NCBI GenBank assembly: GCA_050250375.1
Contig: JBFWOS010000001.1
Coordinates: 27,346 to 91,345 of the forward strand
Origin: Candidatus Omnitrophota bacterium
GTDB lineage: Bacteria; Omnitrophota; Gorgyraeia; Zapsychrales; Zapsychraceae
Direction: 5' to 3'
Length of the DNA stretch: 64,000 bases
Shown here piece by piece: positions 18,771 through 27,367 of the stretch. The first letter of the stretch is position 1. Each line of letters opens with the position of its first letter. Under the pieces are notes generated by a model that was not told where the DNA came from, searched no databases, and was given only the letters and a program-made list of their open reading frames with translations. Position numbers and translations under genes: made by a program.

Positions 18771-19277
18771 CTAATTTCTCCCCAAAAAATCGCGTTTGCC
18801 CAGCTCTACCCCGTTGTGGCGTAAAATGGCATAAGCGACCGTCATGTGAAAATAGACATTCGGCAGGACAAAATCAAGCAGATAGGGTTGGCCATTGAAT
18901 TCCGTTTCGACTCCCCTGATCTTCAGCATCACCTTGCGGTCTTCACTGCCGTCGACCTGGGAGGGATCCACGGACCGGGCAAAGGCGATGGTCTTGGCGA
19001 GGCGCGCCTGCAATTCGGCGAAGGTCTTTTCGGTGTCTTCGTAACTGGGAACGGCCTGGCCCGATAATCTGGCCGCGCACCCCTTCACCATATCCCCGGC
19101 GATCTGAACCTGGCGGATGAGCGGGTACATGTCGGGCGCGAGCCGCGCGTTTAAAAACACCTCCGGATCGATTTTCTTCGCTTCCGCGTGCGCTTCGGCT
19201 TTCTTAAGAATCGACGAAAGGATTTCCAGCTGACGGACACAAACCGGAATAGATGCCTGGTACATGGATAATGACAT
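18771..19277 (-). CDS. DUF1993 protein
   Basis: ARLAPDMYPL..QVQIA.D...ARL.G; LPNVYFHMTVAYAILRHNGV.LGK.DF. Confidence 0.93.
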   Translation of the reverse strand: MSLSMYQASIPVCVRQLEILSSILKKAEAHAEAKKIDPEVFLNARLAPDMYPLIRQVQIAGDMVKGCAARLSGQAVPSYEDTEKTFAELQARLAKTIAFARSVDPSQVDGSEDRKVMLKIRGVETEFNGQPYLLDFVLPNVYFHMTVAYAILRHNGVELGKRDFLGRN

Positions 19278-19389
19278 GGTTGGTTCTCCTTATTATAAAT
19301 TTAATAAAAAAAATCTTAATTGAAATAAAGAACTCTCCCGAGCGTTCCCTACCTTTGGCCCAACGGTCATTCCTATCCCTGATCACTGA

Positions 19390-19947
19390 TCACTTTTTCC
19401 GCGATGTCTTCTTTTTAACCGCCGCTTTCTTTTTCACGGGTGCTTTTTTGGCCGGGGCGCGTTTGGTCTTGGTTTTTTTCGCGGGCGCGGCTTTCTTCTT
19501 CGCCTTCAGCGCGGGTGTGACAGATGGAGCTGCAGACTGAAGGCCCGGCGAAGACATCGATGGTGAAGAGAGTTTTCCCGGCACAACCGGGGCCGGCGGC
19601 GTGCGTCCTTTGCGCGCGGCAAAACATTCCGGACAAAACACCGGACGGTCACCGCTGGGCTTAAACGGCAGTTCCGCATCTTTGCCGCACTCGTAACAGA
19701 CCACGGCGTACATCTGTCTTTGGTTAAGAAACTTATGCTGGGTCGGACGCACCGGTCCCTGCGTCTGCGGGGCTGAGGGCGTTATCCGCACCGCCGGTTT
19801 TGAAGCCGCCAGCGCCTGCGCCAATTCGGTTAAAGACTTGGTCATAAACGCATCCAGCTTCTCGTTCATCACCGCCAGCTGTTCCTGGATCTGGACCATG
19901 ACGCCGGCAACATCCTGATTACTTTTCGCTTTCTTTTTCATATTCAT
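19390..19947 (-). CDS. CxxC-x17-CxxC protein with histone-H1-like Lys/Ala tail
   Basis: MYAVVCYECGKDAELPFKPSGDRPVFCPECF; C-terminal KKAAPAKK repeats. Confidence 0.85.
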   Translation of the reverse strand: MNMKKKAKSNQDVAGVMVQIQEQLAVMNEKLDAFMTKSLTELAQALAASKPAVRITPSAPQTQGPVRPTQHKFLNQRQMYAVVCYECGKDAELPFKPSGDRPVFCPECFAARKGRTPPAPVVPGKLSSPSMSSPGLQSAAPSVTPALKAKKKAAPAKKTKTKRAPAKKAPVKKKAAVKKKTSRKK

Positions 19948-20039
19948 CCTTGCTTTGAAAATTTATTTTAGACCCATCATAACAAAAATCACCTCCCGGC
20001 TCAAGAAAAGCTTAAAAAAGGGGACGGAGGGGTGCGTCC

Positions 20040-20600
20040 CTAATCCGTATGAAACCCGATTTTTGACTTTTTCTTTTCTGATGGTGAATCCATGAGTTTG
20101 CGGATCGCTTCAAAGACCACCCGAAATTGGGCGTCGTATTGTTTCTCTAATGTTTCAAGTTTTTGCGCAAGTTCTTTGTGCGTACTCAGGATTTCCCTCA
20201 ATTTGACAAAGGTCCGCATAATGGCAATATTGACATGAATAGCCTGCTCACTATTTAATACGCCGGACAACATCGCAATACCTTCCTGCGTAAATACAAA
20301 AGGTCTTTTTCTTAAACCCATACGGTCTTCTTTGGAAGCCGCAAATTGCGACTTCCAAACTTGAAATTCATCTCTGGTCATTTGAAACATAAAATCAGGT
20401 GGAAAGCGTTTCAAATTTCTTTAGACATAGATCCTCCTCATGAATGGCCCTCTCACTATTAAGGACCGTCGAAAGCATCGACACACCTTGCTCCGTAAAA
20501 ACATAAGGTCAGCCAGATCACGATCGAGCATGACCTTTTGACCGCGAAGGATATAAATTTTGTTGGAAATGTGCGTTATAGAAATGGATCTTGACGGCAT
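20040..20600 (-). pseudogene. Mosaic, frameshifted ORF6N-domain gene(s)
   Basis: MPSRSIS...KIYILRGQKVMLDRDLADL, then a frame jump to PYVFTEQGVSMLSTVLNSERAIH, then RNLKRFPPDFMFQ...FTQEGIAMLSGVL...KIGF. Confidence 0.85.
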
Positions 20601-20849
20601 GTTCCCCCCTTTTAATTAAAGGGGAACCGAGCATTGCGGGGGATTTATTTTTTGCAATTGGTTCAGTTTGTGGAGTTCATTATAACAAAATCGAATAACG
20701 TGTCAAAGTAGACGATTCCCTGATCGCTTTACGCTAACCGCTTGAATACGGGTCCCTGGGGACTGGGCCTTGGGCACAAATAACAGCGATGGTCTAACGA
20801 TCTATATTATCACTTGTCCCCTATCACTTCGATCCCTGTTCACTGATCC

Positions 20850-21025
20850 CTATTCCCTGTCTGACTTTTTGGAAGAGGGATTTGTAGGTGGAAGCTAAAT
20901 TGGATTTTAGCATAATAATTTTTTTTCACCTTAAACTTTAAACCTTAAACCCCTCGATTCTACTTTCTTCTCAACTTATTCCTTCTTTCTTCTTACTTCC
21001 TACTTCTTTCTTTTTTCACAGATCT
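20850..21025. repeat. Repeat A1: heptamer/pyrimidine leader plus truncated DUF1016-like start
   Basis: Near-identical to 25943-26115; minus strand reads MLKSNLASTYKSLFQKVRQ, similar to the start of 32029..33054. Confidence 0.88.
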
Positions 21026-21081
21026 CATTCTACAAGATAAAGTGTTGCATTAGAACCTTGAGGGTTATCTGTCCCCTATCT

Positions 21082-24000
21082 TTACTTTCCTCCTTTAATA
21101 TCATCAATGATCTGCTGGGCTTCTTTTTCTGGCAAACCATACGCCTGTTTGTCCTGCAGTGCATTAAGAATATCCGGTTCCAGTGGGTACAACTGACCCT
21201 TGTTATACAAAATTTCGGCTCCGCCTTTGGGATTGTCTTTATAGTCCAGCTGGGCGCACAGAATAATGGCCCCGGTCGTGGCGTTCATCTTGTCCGGCAT
21301 CACCGTGGCGACGACCGGAATAATATCCTTTGGGTCATAAATGTCTTCGTCACCCTTGTAATGCTGGGCCTCGCAGCAGAACAGGTCGCGGGCCAGATGC
21401 TCCGGTCCCACCACAATATCCGAGTGGATTTTCAAAACCGCCTGGGCCGCGTCGGCGCATGGCTTGTTCATATATTTCTTCACAATCTTGGCTGTGACGG
21501 ACGCCATGTCGATTTCGAACGTCGGTTCGGCACCCGTGGCCTTTTCGATCAATGTCTGGATAGACATTTGCGAAAATTCCTGCTGGGTCCCTGCCAGGAA
21601 ATCTTTTTCCAGCTGTTCCAAATATTCATCGTCACCGTCTCCGTCAAGGGCCGGACCGTAATCCTCCAGGGTTAAAAATTTCGCATTCAGGAAATAGACC
21701 TTGCCGACAACAGGCAGTTCCACCCAACCGTAAGCATGGCCGTGTCCGTCGCTTTGGACCAAAACGTCTACCCCCGCCCCCACCCGGATGGTGATGCCGA
21801 ACGGGCCTTTGATGACAATGGTGCCCGTAAACTGTACCTGTATTTTGCTGGAAGAAAAATAAACATTTATATCCACCCGGATGGTCTTATATATCTGAAA
21901 TTTTATCTGAAAATGAAAAACGTCCGTCTTCAGCGCGAGGGTGGCGGCCCCCCGCACCAGCGGCACCTTATACAACGTGTATGATACTCCTCCGGTGATG
22001 TAAACGCTGACCTTGGCCGAATCCAGAATAAATTTAGTCTGGCTGACGCTCAGGCCGCAAATGGTAAAAGGGGAAATATCGACATTGACGGTAATCCCCG
22101 CCTGATCGATTTTCAACAGATTCACGTCGAAATTAACGCCGAAAATGACCGCGTGCATCCGGAAATACAACCCGTTGGAATAAGGGTTCTGGTCCTGAAA
22201 TTTGCATTTCTGGACGAGCGTCGCGGGGATGGTGGTATCCACCACCACAATGATCATAAAATCCTTCACCCGGATGTTGTCAAACAGGGCCGCCGCGTCA
22301 TTGGACACGTCCGTCTTGATAAAACTGGTAATCAGCTCCGTGAAACTGGTCCCCTTGGCTGGGTCTCCACTGGTGTAACACCCGCAGAATCCTGAAACGG
22401 CCTCGCCGTCCATCACGGCGATCATCATACTGATTTCTTCCGGTTTCGGCGACGACGTCTTTAACTTGATGCTGCCTCCCACCTCGAAATCGAACCCTGC
22501 TTCATCGACCTGCAATTGAACGAAAATATCTTCCAGCACGACATTGGTCTTTGGGATAGGAAAATTAGTGTCCACCTGAAGGTTGGCGATCGTCTTGCCG
22601 GTGGAGGTGATTTCAAAACTGCCGGAAAGTCCCAACACGACGGAGGGGCTGATCTGCAGGGTGCCGCTCTCGATCCCGAACTGGATGCTCCAAAGCTGCG
22701 GGCTGACTTTAAACACGGCGTTTGGATTTTTAATGGAAATCACTTTGGGAACGATGTCAAACGTCTGGACCAGGACCAGGTCCATTTCATACTGGTTATC
22801 GGACGGGTCCAGCAGCAGGCGCGTTAAAAACACGCTGTCGGCGTTTTGTCTGGCCTTCTTTCCCCTCAGCAGATTGGCCAGCTTCTTAAAATCCGTTTTA
22901 TCCAGATCGATTTCCGAGAAAAACAGCAATCCCTTCTGGATCCCGTAACCGGCGGTGTCGATGGGCGCGTCCGGAAACAGCGTCTTGATGTCAAACTGGG
23001 CGGCGGTGACCGACGACACCACCATCCCCGCGTTCTGTACCGTAATGTTCCCCAATGATGCCGGCAGGACCGGGAACAATTTATTCATGTTGACGTTTTG
23101 AAACAGCATACCGGCGATAAATCCCGAACTGCCCGCGTACTTTTCGACCGCCAGGGCGATATTAGTTTTAATCTGTTTGTACGAAACGCCGCAGGTCAGC
23201 AAAAACACAAAATCATCCGCCTTCTTTTGGATCAGGACAGCGGGTTTGTTGACGGAAATAGGGTCCATCCAGGAAGGCGCCGGCCAGGACTGGCCGGCGA
23301 TATCCTTGACGATATCCGGGACCGGGTACGTGCCATCGACTGTGGTGTTCAATTCGAAATCTCCGGCCAGATCGGCGCTGACAAACGTCTGGGACGACAA
23401 AAACCGGAACTGGCCGGACACATCCCCCGACAATGTCTTGGCATCGTTCATGGTACCGACTTCAATGGACAAAAACTCGACGATGATCCCTTTGGGACCG
23501 ACCGGAATCGTAAACCCCTGATTGTTGCCTGCCAACAGCCTCCAGGCGGGCGCGGTGTTGACGTCCTGGGCCTGAAACAGCAACTGGTCAAACGCGGGTA
23601 AAGCCGGCCCTTTGTAAGGCACATGCAAAAGGTCCTGGATCAGGCCCGGTACATTCAGCGATGATCCTTCCTTCAAACTGGCGGCAAACGAAAACGACTG
23701 CCAGTACGTCAACTCCGCCTCAAGCGTTGTCCGGGCCGAGGAACCCACCGTCATGTCCGCCTTAAGCATGCTGCTGGCCTGACACTTTCCGAACGGGTTC
23801 AACAAAGTCAATTGGCCCTGGATCCCGCCGATACTGATCACGCCAGAAATCAAATCCCCCCCGCCGCCGGCCTGCAACAGGAATGTGACAGAAAGAAGCG
23901 ACACCGGACGGACGGAAATGCAAAAATTAAGTCCGGTCAGACTCACCGACAAATTGCTTTGCTGATGCGTCTTGGGCAGCCCCTTGATCAACTCTCCCAT

Positions 24001-24897
24001 GTTGCCGCCGACCCAATCCTGCAGACTGTTCAAATCCAGCGTCAACGGGGCAAAGTGGGACTGGACCTGTATCGTGGGCCGTTTACCGATGTCCATCTGG
24101 CACAAAAACTGCACCGGCGTGCCGGCCGCGCCCAGCTTTGCGGTCACATCAAGGTTTATCGTAAACGACTGATAATCGGTCGTCGGAGAATCCGGTTCCG
24201 GCCCCTTGATCTGGCCGAAACGGCTTTGCAGGGACACCGTTGTCTTCAGATCGATCTTCCCGTTAAAGAAATGCCTGAGATTAATGTCCGGCAGCTGAAA
24301 TTGCAGATTAAACTGAGGGGCTGAGACATCCCCGCTGATATCGCCCGACACCTGCACGGACTTCAGCTCATTGGCAATCACTTGGGTGATATACCCAATC
24401 GTCGGAAACTCAGCCGGGTCCTGGGTCAGCGTGCCGTTGAATTGCGTGCCGGCCGCCACGGACACACCTAGCGCCGCGTCCGTGTAAGCGGCGGTGGCCA
24501 CAGAATAAACGCCGGCGTCTTCAACAAAAAAACAGTCGAAGATGGTGCCTTTCAGGACGGGGTAGTTCTGCGAAAATTTGTATTTCCCCGCGTCTTGCTG
24601 TTTCAGTCTGAACAGGCCGGCCGCCTGCAGTCCGGCCGTATCCGTAAAGAATATCCAGTGGACGCCGCAGGACATCCCTTCCCCAGGCAGACGGGTTTCC
24701 CCTTTAAAATGCAGACAGCGGTCGTCGGCGGTCAAATCACTAACGCCGGTGATCAGCACCTCCCCCGATGGAATAATCCGTTTCAAATTCTCTTCTAACC
24801 CTGCGCATAAATTCAATGACTCCGGCGGCAGACGAAACGTTAAACGGTCCAGGCTGAAAAATTTATCGATTTGTTGTCTGAACTTAAATAAAGTCAT
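21082..24897 (-). CDS. Large beta-strand-rich hypothetical protein (1271 aa)
   Basis: Long ORF with alternating hydrophobic pattern, no obvious signal peptide and an acidic helical C-terminus; family uncertain. Confidence 0.8.
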   Translation of the reverse strand: MTLFKFRQQIDKFFSLDRLTFRLPPESLNLCAGLEENLKRIIPSGEVLITGVSDLTADDRCLHFKGETRLPGEGMSCGVHWIFFTDTAGLQAAGLFRLKQQDAGKYKFSQNYPVLKGTIFDCFFVEDAGVYSVATAAYTDAALGVSVAAGTQFNGTLTQDPAEFPTIGYITQVIANELKSVQVSGDISGDVSAPQFNLQFQLPDINLRHFFNGKIDLKTTVSLQSRFGQIKGPEPDSPTTDYQSFTINLDVTAKLGAAGTPVQFLCQMDIGKRPTIQVQSHFAPLTLDLNSLQDWVGGNMGELIKGLPKTHQQSNLSVSLTGLNFCISVRPVSLLSVTFLLQAGGGGDLISGVISIGGIQGQLTLLNPFGKCQASSMLKADMTVGSSARTTLEAELTYWQSFSFAASLKEGSSLNVPGLIQDLLHVPYKGPALPAFDQLLFQAQDVNTAPAWRLLAGNNQGFTIPVGPKGIIVEFLSIEVGTMNDAKTLSGDVSGQFRFLSSQTFVSADLAGDFELNTTVDGTYPVPDIVKDIAGQSWPAPSWMDPISVNKPAVLIQKKADDFVFLLTCGVSYKQIKTNIALAVEKYAGSSGFIAGMLFQNVNMNKLFPVLPASLGNITVQNAGMVVSSVTAAQFDIKTLFPDAPIDTAGYGIQKGLLFFSEIDLDKTDFKKLANLLRGKKARQNADSVFLTRLLLDPSDNQYEMDLVLVQTFDIVPKVISIKNPNAVFKVSPQLWSIQFGIESGTLQISPSVVLGLSGSFEITSTGKTIANLQVDTNFPIPKTNVVLEDIFVQLQVDEAGFDFEVGGSIKLKTSSPKPEEISMMIAVMDGEAVSGFCGCYTSGDPAKGTSFTELITSFIKTDVSNDAAALFDNIRVKDFMIIVVVDTTIPATLVQKCKFQDQNPYSNGLYFRMHAVIFGVNFDVNLLKIDQAGITVNVDISPFTICGLSVSQTKFILDSAKVSVYITGGVSYTLYKVPLVRGAATLALKTDVFHFQIKFQIYKTIRVDINVYFSSSKIQVQFTGTIVIKGPFGITIRVGAGVDVLVQSDGHGHAYGWVELPVVGKVYFLNAKFLTLEDYGPALDGDGDDEYLEQLEKDFLAGTQQEFSQMSIQTLIEKATGAEPTFEIDMASVTAKIVKKYMNKPCADAAQAVLKIHSDIVVGPEHLARDLFCCEAQHYKGDEDIYDPKDIIPVVATVMPDKMNATTGAIILCAQLDYKDNPKGGAEILYNKGQLYPLEPDILNALQDKQAYGLPEKEAQQIIDDIKGGK

Positions 24898-24901
24898 GCG
24901 C

Positions 24902-25888
24902 TCACCAATCCATAATTATCGGCATGTGGTCGCTGACCGCCAGACGAAAGTCGGCGAACAATGGCTGAAGGGTCGAGTACGGAACAACCGCCCCGATTCC
25001 GGCGCCCAGGCGTGCCTGTTTATAACAATATATATAATCCCGGAAATTCTTATCGATATCGGCGTCGTACTGCCCTGATGTCGGAAAAAGGTCAAGGAGA
25101 AGATTATTCACGGAGCCTATCCCTCCGCGGTCAGGACGAGTATAAAAATTATCGTAATCATAACTGAAAATACTGTGGATGTCGGGCGGGTTAAAATTGG
25201 GCGGCCGCAGCGAGGTCAACAGCGGAGTCCCGCCGTCATGCACCTGCCAGTTCATGTCGATATCCTTTAACGGCTTAAAGCTGTAATAGGCGTCACTCGT
25301 GGTGTCGGTTGTAATATTCGACGGGGTAATATTAAAATCCCCCATAAGGATGGCCTGGGCGGCGCTGCCGGGCTGAATGTCCCTGATCCTGGCCAGCATA
25401 CAGTTGCCGTATTTCGGCCCCTGATGGGAAGGGTCCTTGCCCGAGACCGGTCCCCGGGCATGATACACCAATATGGGAATTGACGTTGTTCCATTCGTGA
25501 ACAGGCCCATAAAAGGCGGCCGGTCGGATTTAAGCGGAAAATCTACCGGATTGCCCGCGGTGTCTTTGAATTCATAACTGACATCGGCCAGCGACAAAGG
25601 CGCCTGATAGATAAACAGGTACTCCTCCATCCGGCCCGCGCCGAACTGGGTGCTGGAAATATATCCGTATTGTTTGCCGTATGTATTATTCAGGACGTTC
25701 GAAATCCCCCAGCCGATTTTCATGCCGAGGTTTTCCCGCACCTCCATGATACCCAGCAGCGACACGTTTTCCTTATTGATAAGGCTGGCTACGTACCGGC
25801 AGAACGCCCAAAACGTTTCCTCCCCATAACCAATGAGTTTACTGGACCCCAGGTTTTCAATGTTCCAGGACATGATTGTTATAGGCAT
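24902..25888 (-). CDS. Endonuclease/exonuclease/phosphatase (DNase I-like) protein
   Basis: MSWNIENLG, GIMEV, RPPF, YH, LMGDFN, YDNFY and SDHMPI motifs; GAGGAG RBS. Confidence 0.85.
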   Translation of the reverse strand: MPITIMSWNIENLGSSKLIGYGEETFWAFCRYVASLINKENVSLLGIMEVRENLGMKIGWGISNVLNNTYGKQYGYISSTQFGAGRMEEYLFIYQAPLSLADVSYEFKDTAGNPVDFPLKSDRPPFMGLFTNGTTSIPILVYHARGPVSGKDPSHQGPKYGNCMLARIRDIQPGSAAQAILMGDFNITPSNITTDTTSDAYYSFKPLKDIDMNWQVHDGGTPLLTSLRPPNFNPPDIHSIFSYDYDNFYTRPDRGGIGSVNNLLLDLFPTSGQYDADIDKNFRDYIYCYKQARLGAGIGAVVPYSTLQPLFADFRLAVSDHMPIIMDW

Positions 25889-25942
25889 ATATTCTCCTCA
25901 TTTAACATCGGCTGTTCCCGATTTTTTTCATCCTTCGATCCC

Positions 25943-26115
25943 TGTTCCCTGTCTGACTTTTTGGAAGAGGGATTTGTAGGTGGAAGCTAAATTGGATTTT
26001 AGCATAATAAATTTTTTCTTTCACCTTAAACTTTAAACCTTAAACCCCTTGGTCCTGTTTTCTCTGGATATTTCTTCCTTCTTTCTTCTTACTTCTTTCG
26101 TTTTTCACAGATTCC
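25943..26115. repeat. Repeat A2
   Basis: Direct copy of A1; together they bracket the 21082-25888 two-gene cassette. Confidence 0.88.
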
Positions 26116-26206
26116 TGATCACTCATTTGCCATCCTGCCGATCATCTTGTATAATTGTGACAAACACCCCGCTCGATCTCCCCTTATATTCATAAAGAGA
26201 GAAAAC

Positions 26207-26725
26207 GTGTCATCAAAAACCATTTCCACCGAAATTGTTTCCAACAAAATATTTTTCATCCGCGGCCAAAAAGTGATGATTGATCATGACCTAGCCCTGC
26301 TCTACGGAGTTTCAACAAAGCGCTTAAATGAACAAGTGAAAAGAAATAAAAAACGGTTTCCGGAAGATTTTATGTTTCGCCTAACAAAAATGGAAAAGGA
26401 CGAACTGGTCGCAAATTGCGACCAGTTCAAAACATTAAAACATTCAAGGGTGAGCCCGACAGCTTTTACCGAGCAAGGTGTCGCCATGCTCTCCAGCGTT
26501 TTAAATAGCGAAAAAGCTGTCGAAGTGAATATGATCATTATGCGCACCTTCGTGAGATTGCGTGAAATTTTGAATACCAATAAAGAATTGGCCCAACGGC
26601 TTGATCAGCTGGAAAAGCGGATGGGACAGAAAGACCATGAGGTTAAATTGATATTTGAAGCCATCCGTCAGTTAATGCAGCATCCGAAAACACCCAAACG
26701 CAAAATAGGCTTTCACACGGATTAG
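26207..26725 (+). CDS. ORF6N-domain DNA-binding protein
   Basis: IRGQKVMID.DLA.LYGV.TKRLNEQVKRN..RFP.DFMF...FTEQGVAMLSSVLNS; GTG start; in-frame palindrome at 26402-26428. Confidence 0.92.
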   Translation: MSSKTISTEIVSNKIFFIRGQKVMIDHDLALLYGVSTKRLNEQVKRNKKRFPEDFMFRLTKMEKDELVANCDQFKTLKHSRVSPTAFTEQGVAMLSSVLNSEKAVEVNMIIMRTFVRLREILNTNKELAQRLDQLEKRMGQKDHEVKLIFEAIRQLMQHPKTPKRKIGFHTD

Positions 26726-26735
26726 TTTAAAAACT

Positions 26736-26764
26736 GTACGGAACGGTCTTAGACCGTTCCCTTC
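26736..26764. repeat. REP-like palindrome, left flank of the tRNA-like unit
   Basis: AAACTGTACGGAACGGTC (26731-26748) is repeated at 27190-27207. Confidence 0.8.
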
Positions 26765-26809
26765 AATCCCTGTGTCCTGATCCCTAAGATAGGGCGCTGT
26801 CCCGTATCT

Positions 26810-26880
26810 TAACACAAAGGAATTGCTTCCAGATAGGAATCTAAAGGCGTCGAATTCGACCCCTTTAAAATTTTCTTGAT
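26810..26880 (-). pseudogene. Internal KilA-N gene fragment
   Basis: ENFKGVEFDAFRFLSGSNSFVL matches PDFKLVEFDQFRNYAGNNYFVL of 29762..30103; contains the palindrome 26842-26867. Confidence 0.7.
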
Positions 26881-26905
26881 AACACACATATTTGTGTGGT
26901 AATAT
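26876..26905 (+). promoter_or_regulatory. Promoter of the tRNA-like unit with palindromic operator
   Basis: TTGATA-18-TAATAT with extended -10 TG; CACACA-TATT-TGTGTG in the spacer. Confidence 0.6.
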
Positions 26906-26920
26906 TGATTTCATGTTTAC

Positions 26921-26993
26921 GCCCTCGTAGCTTAATGGATAAAGCCCTTGTCCGACTAACGAGATGATGCAGGTTCGATTCCTGCCGAGGGTG
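26921..26993 (+). tRNA. Atypical tRNA or tRNA-like RNA (nominal anticodon GAC/Val in an Arg-like body)
   Basis: Stems GCCCTCG/CGAGGGT, GCTT/AAGC, CTTGT/ACGAG and GCAGG/CCTGC with a TTCGATT T-loop. Anticodon loop CCGACTA lacks U33 and purine-37; A20 and G73 present; no encoded CCA. Confidence 0.75.
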
Positions 26994-27004
26994 TAATACA
27001 TCAT

Positions 27005-27117
27005 TTGGCTCAAATATAATCTCCGGACAAGGATATTTGAGCCAATAATTTTTCTTGAACAAACGGCCATCCGTAGCTATACTTTAATTGTCGGACAAGG
27101 ATTATAAGCTACGAGCC
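27005..27117 (+). ncRNA. Two hairpins with segments antisense to the upstream tRNA-like RNA
   Basis: hp1: 13-bp perfect stem 27005-27017/27033-27045. hp2: stem 27072-27078/27107-27113. Both contain AAT-NNN-CGGACAAGGAT and end in GAGCCAA. Confidence 0.55.
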
Positions 27118-27118
27118 A

Positions 27119-27148
27119 AGGCCAGGAGAAATCCTGGCCTTTCTTTTT
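27119..27148 (+). terminator. Intrinsic terminator
   Basis: AGGCCAGGA-GAAA-TCCTGGCCT followed by TTCTTTTT. Confidence 0.85.
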
Positions 27149-27194
27149 ATAACCATATTCCCCGCATGGAGAAAATGGTATTAATATTGAAACT

Positions 27195-27220
27195 GTACGG
27201 AACGGTCGCGACCGTTCCTT
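27195..27220. repeat. REP-like palindrome, right flank of the tRNA-like unit
   Basis: GTACGGAACGGTCGCGACCGTTCCTT. Confidence 0.75.
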
Positions 27221-27367
27221 TTGATCCTTAATATCGCTCTACCCTATCCGCCTTACGCTCACCGCTCATCAATCCGGGTTACGGGGTGTGTCCCGGAATT
27301 CGATCCATCCCTCTTTACGCTCAACGCTGAAAAAGCCCGTCCCTCATTTATATTTCCTTCCCTTCCA

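Noticed and set aside
26921-26993. tRNA as the attachment site of the island
   Set aside because: I found no duplicated 3' tRNA fragment elsewhere in the window and no integrase.
26672-27070. 132-aa minus-strand ORF (and the ORF at 26865..27062)
   Set aside because: They run antisense through the tRNA, REP elements and a KilA-N fragment, so they are a chance read-through of non-coding modules.
26921-27115. Anticodon switching by DNA inversion between the tRNA and its inverted partial copies
   Set aside because: Inversion at CCTTGTCCG would join the 5' half to sequence with no T-arm or acceptor strand, so no alternative tRNA would form.
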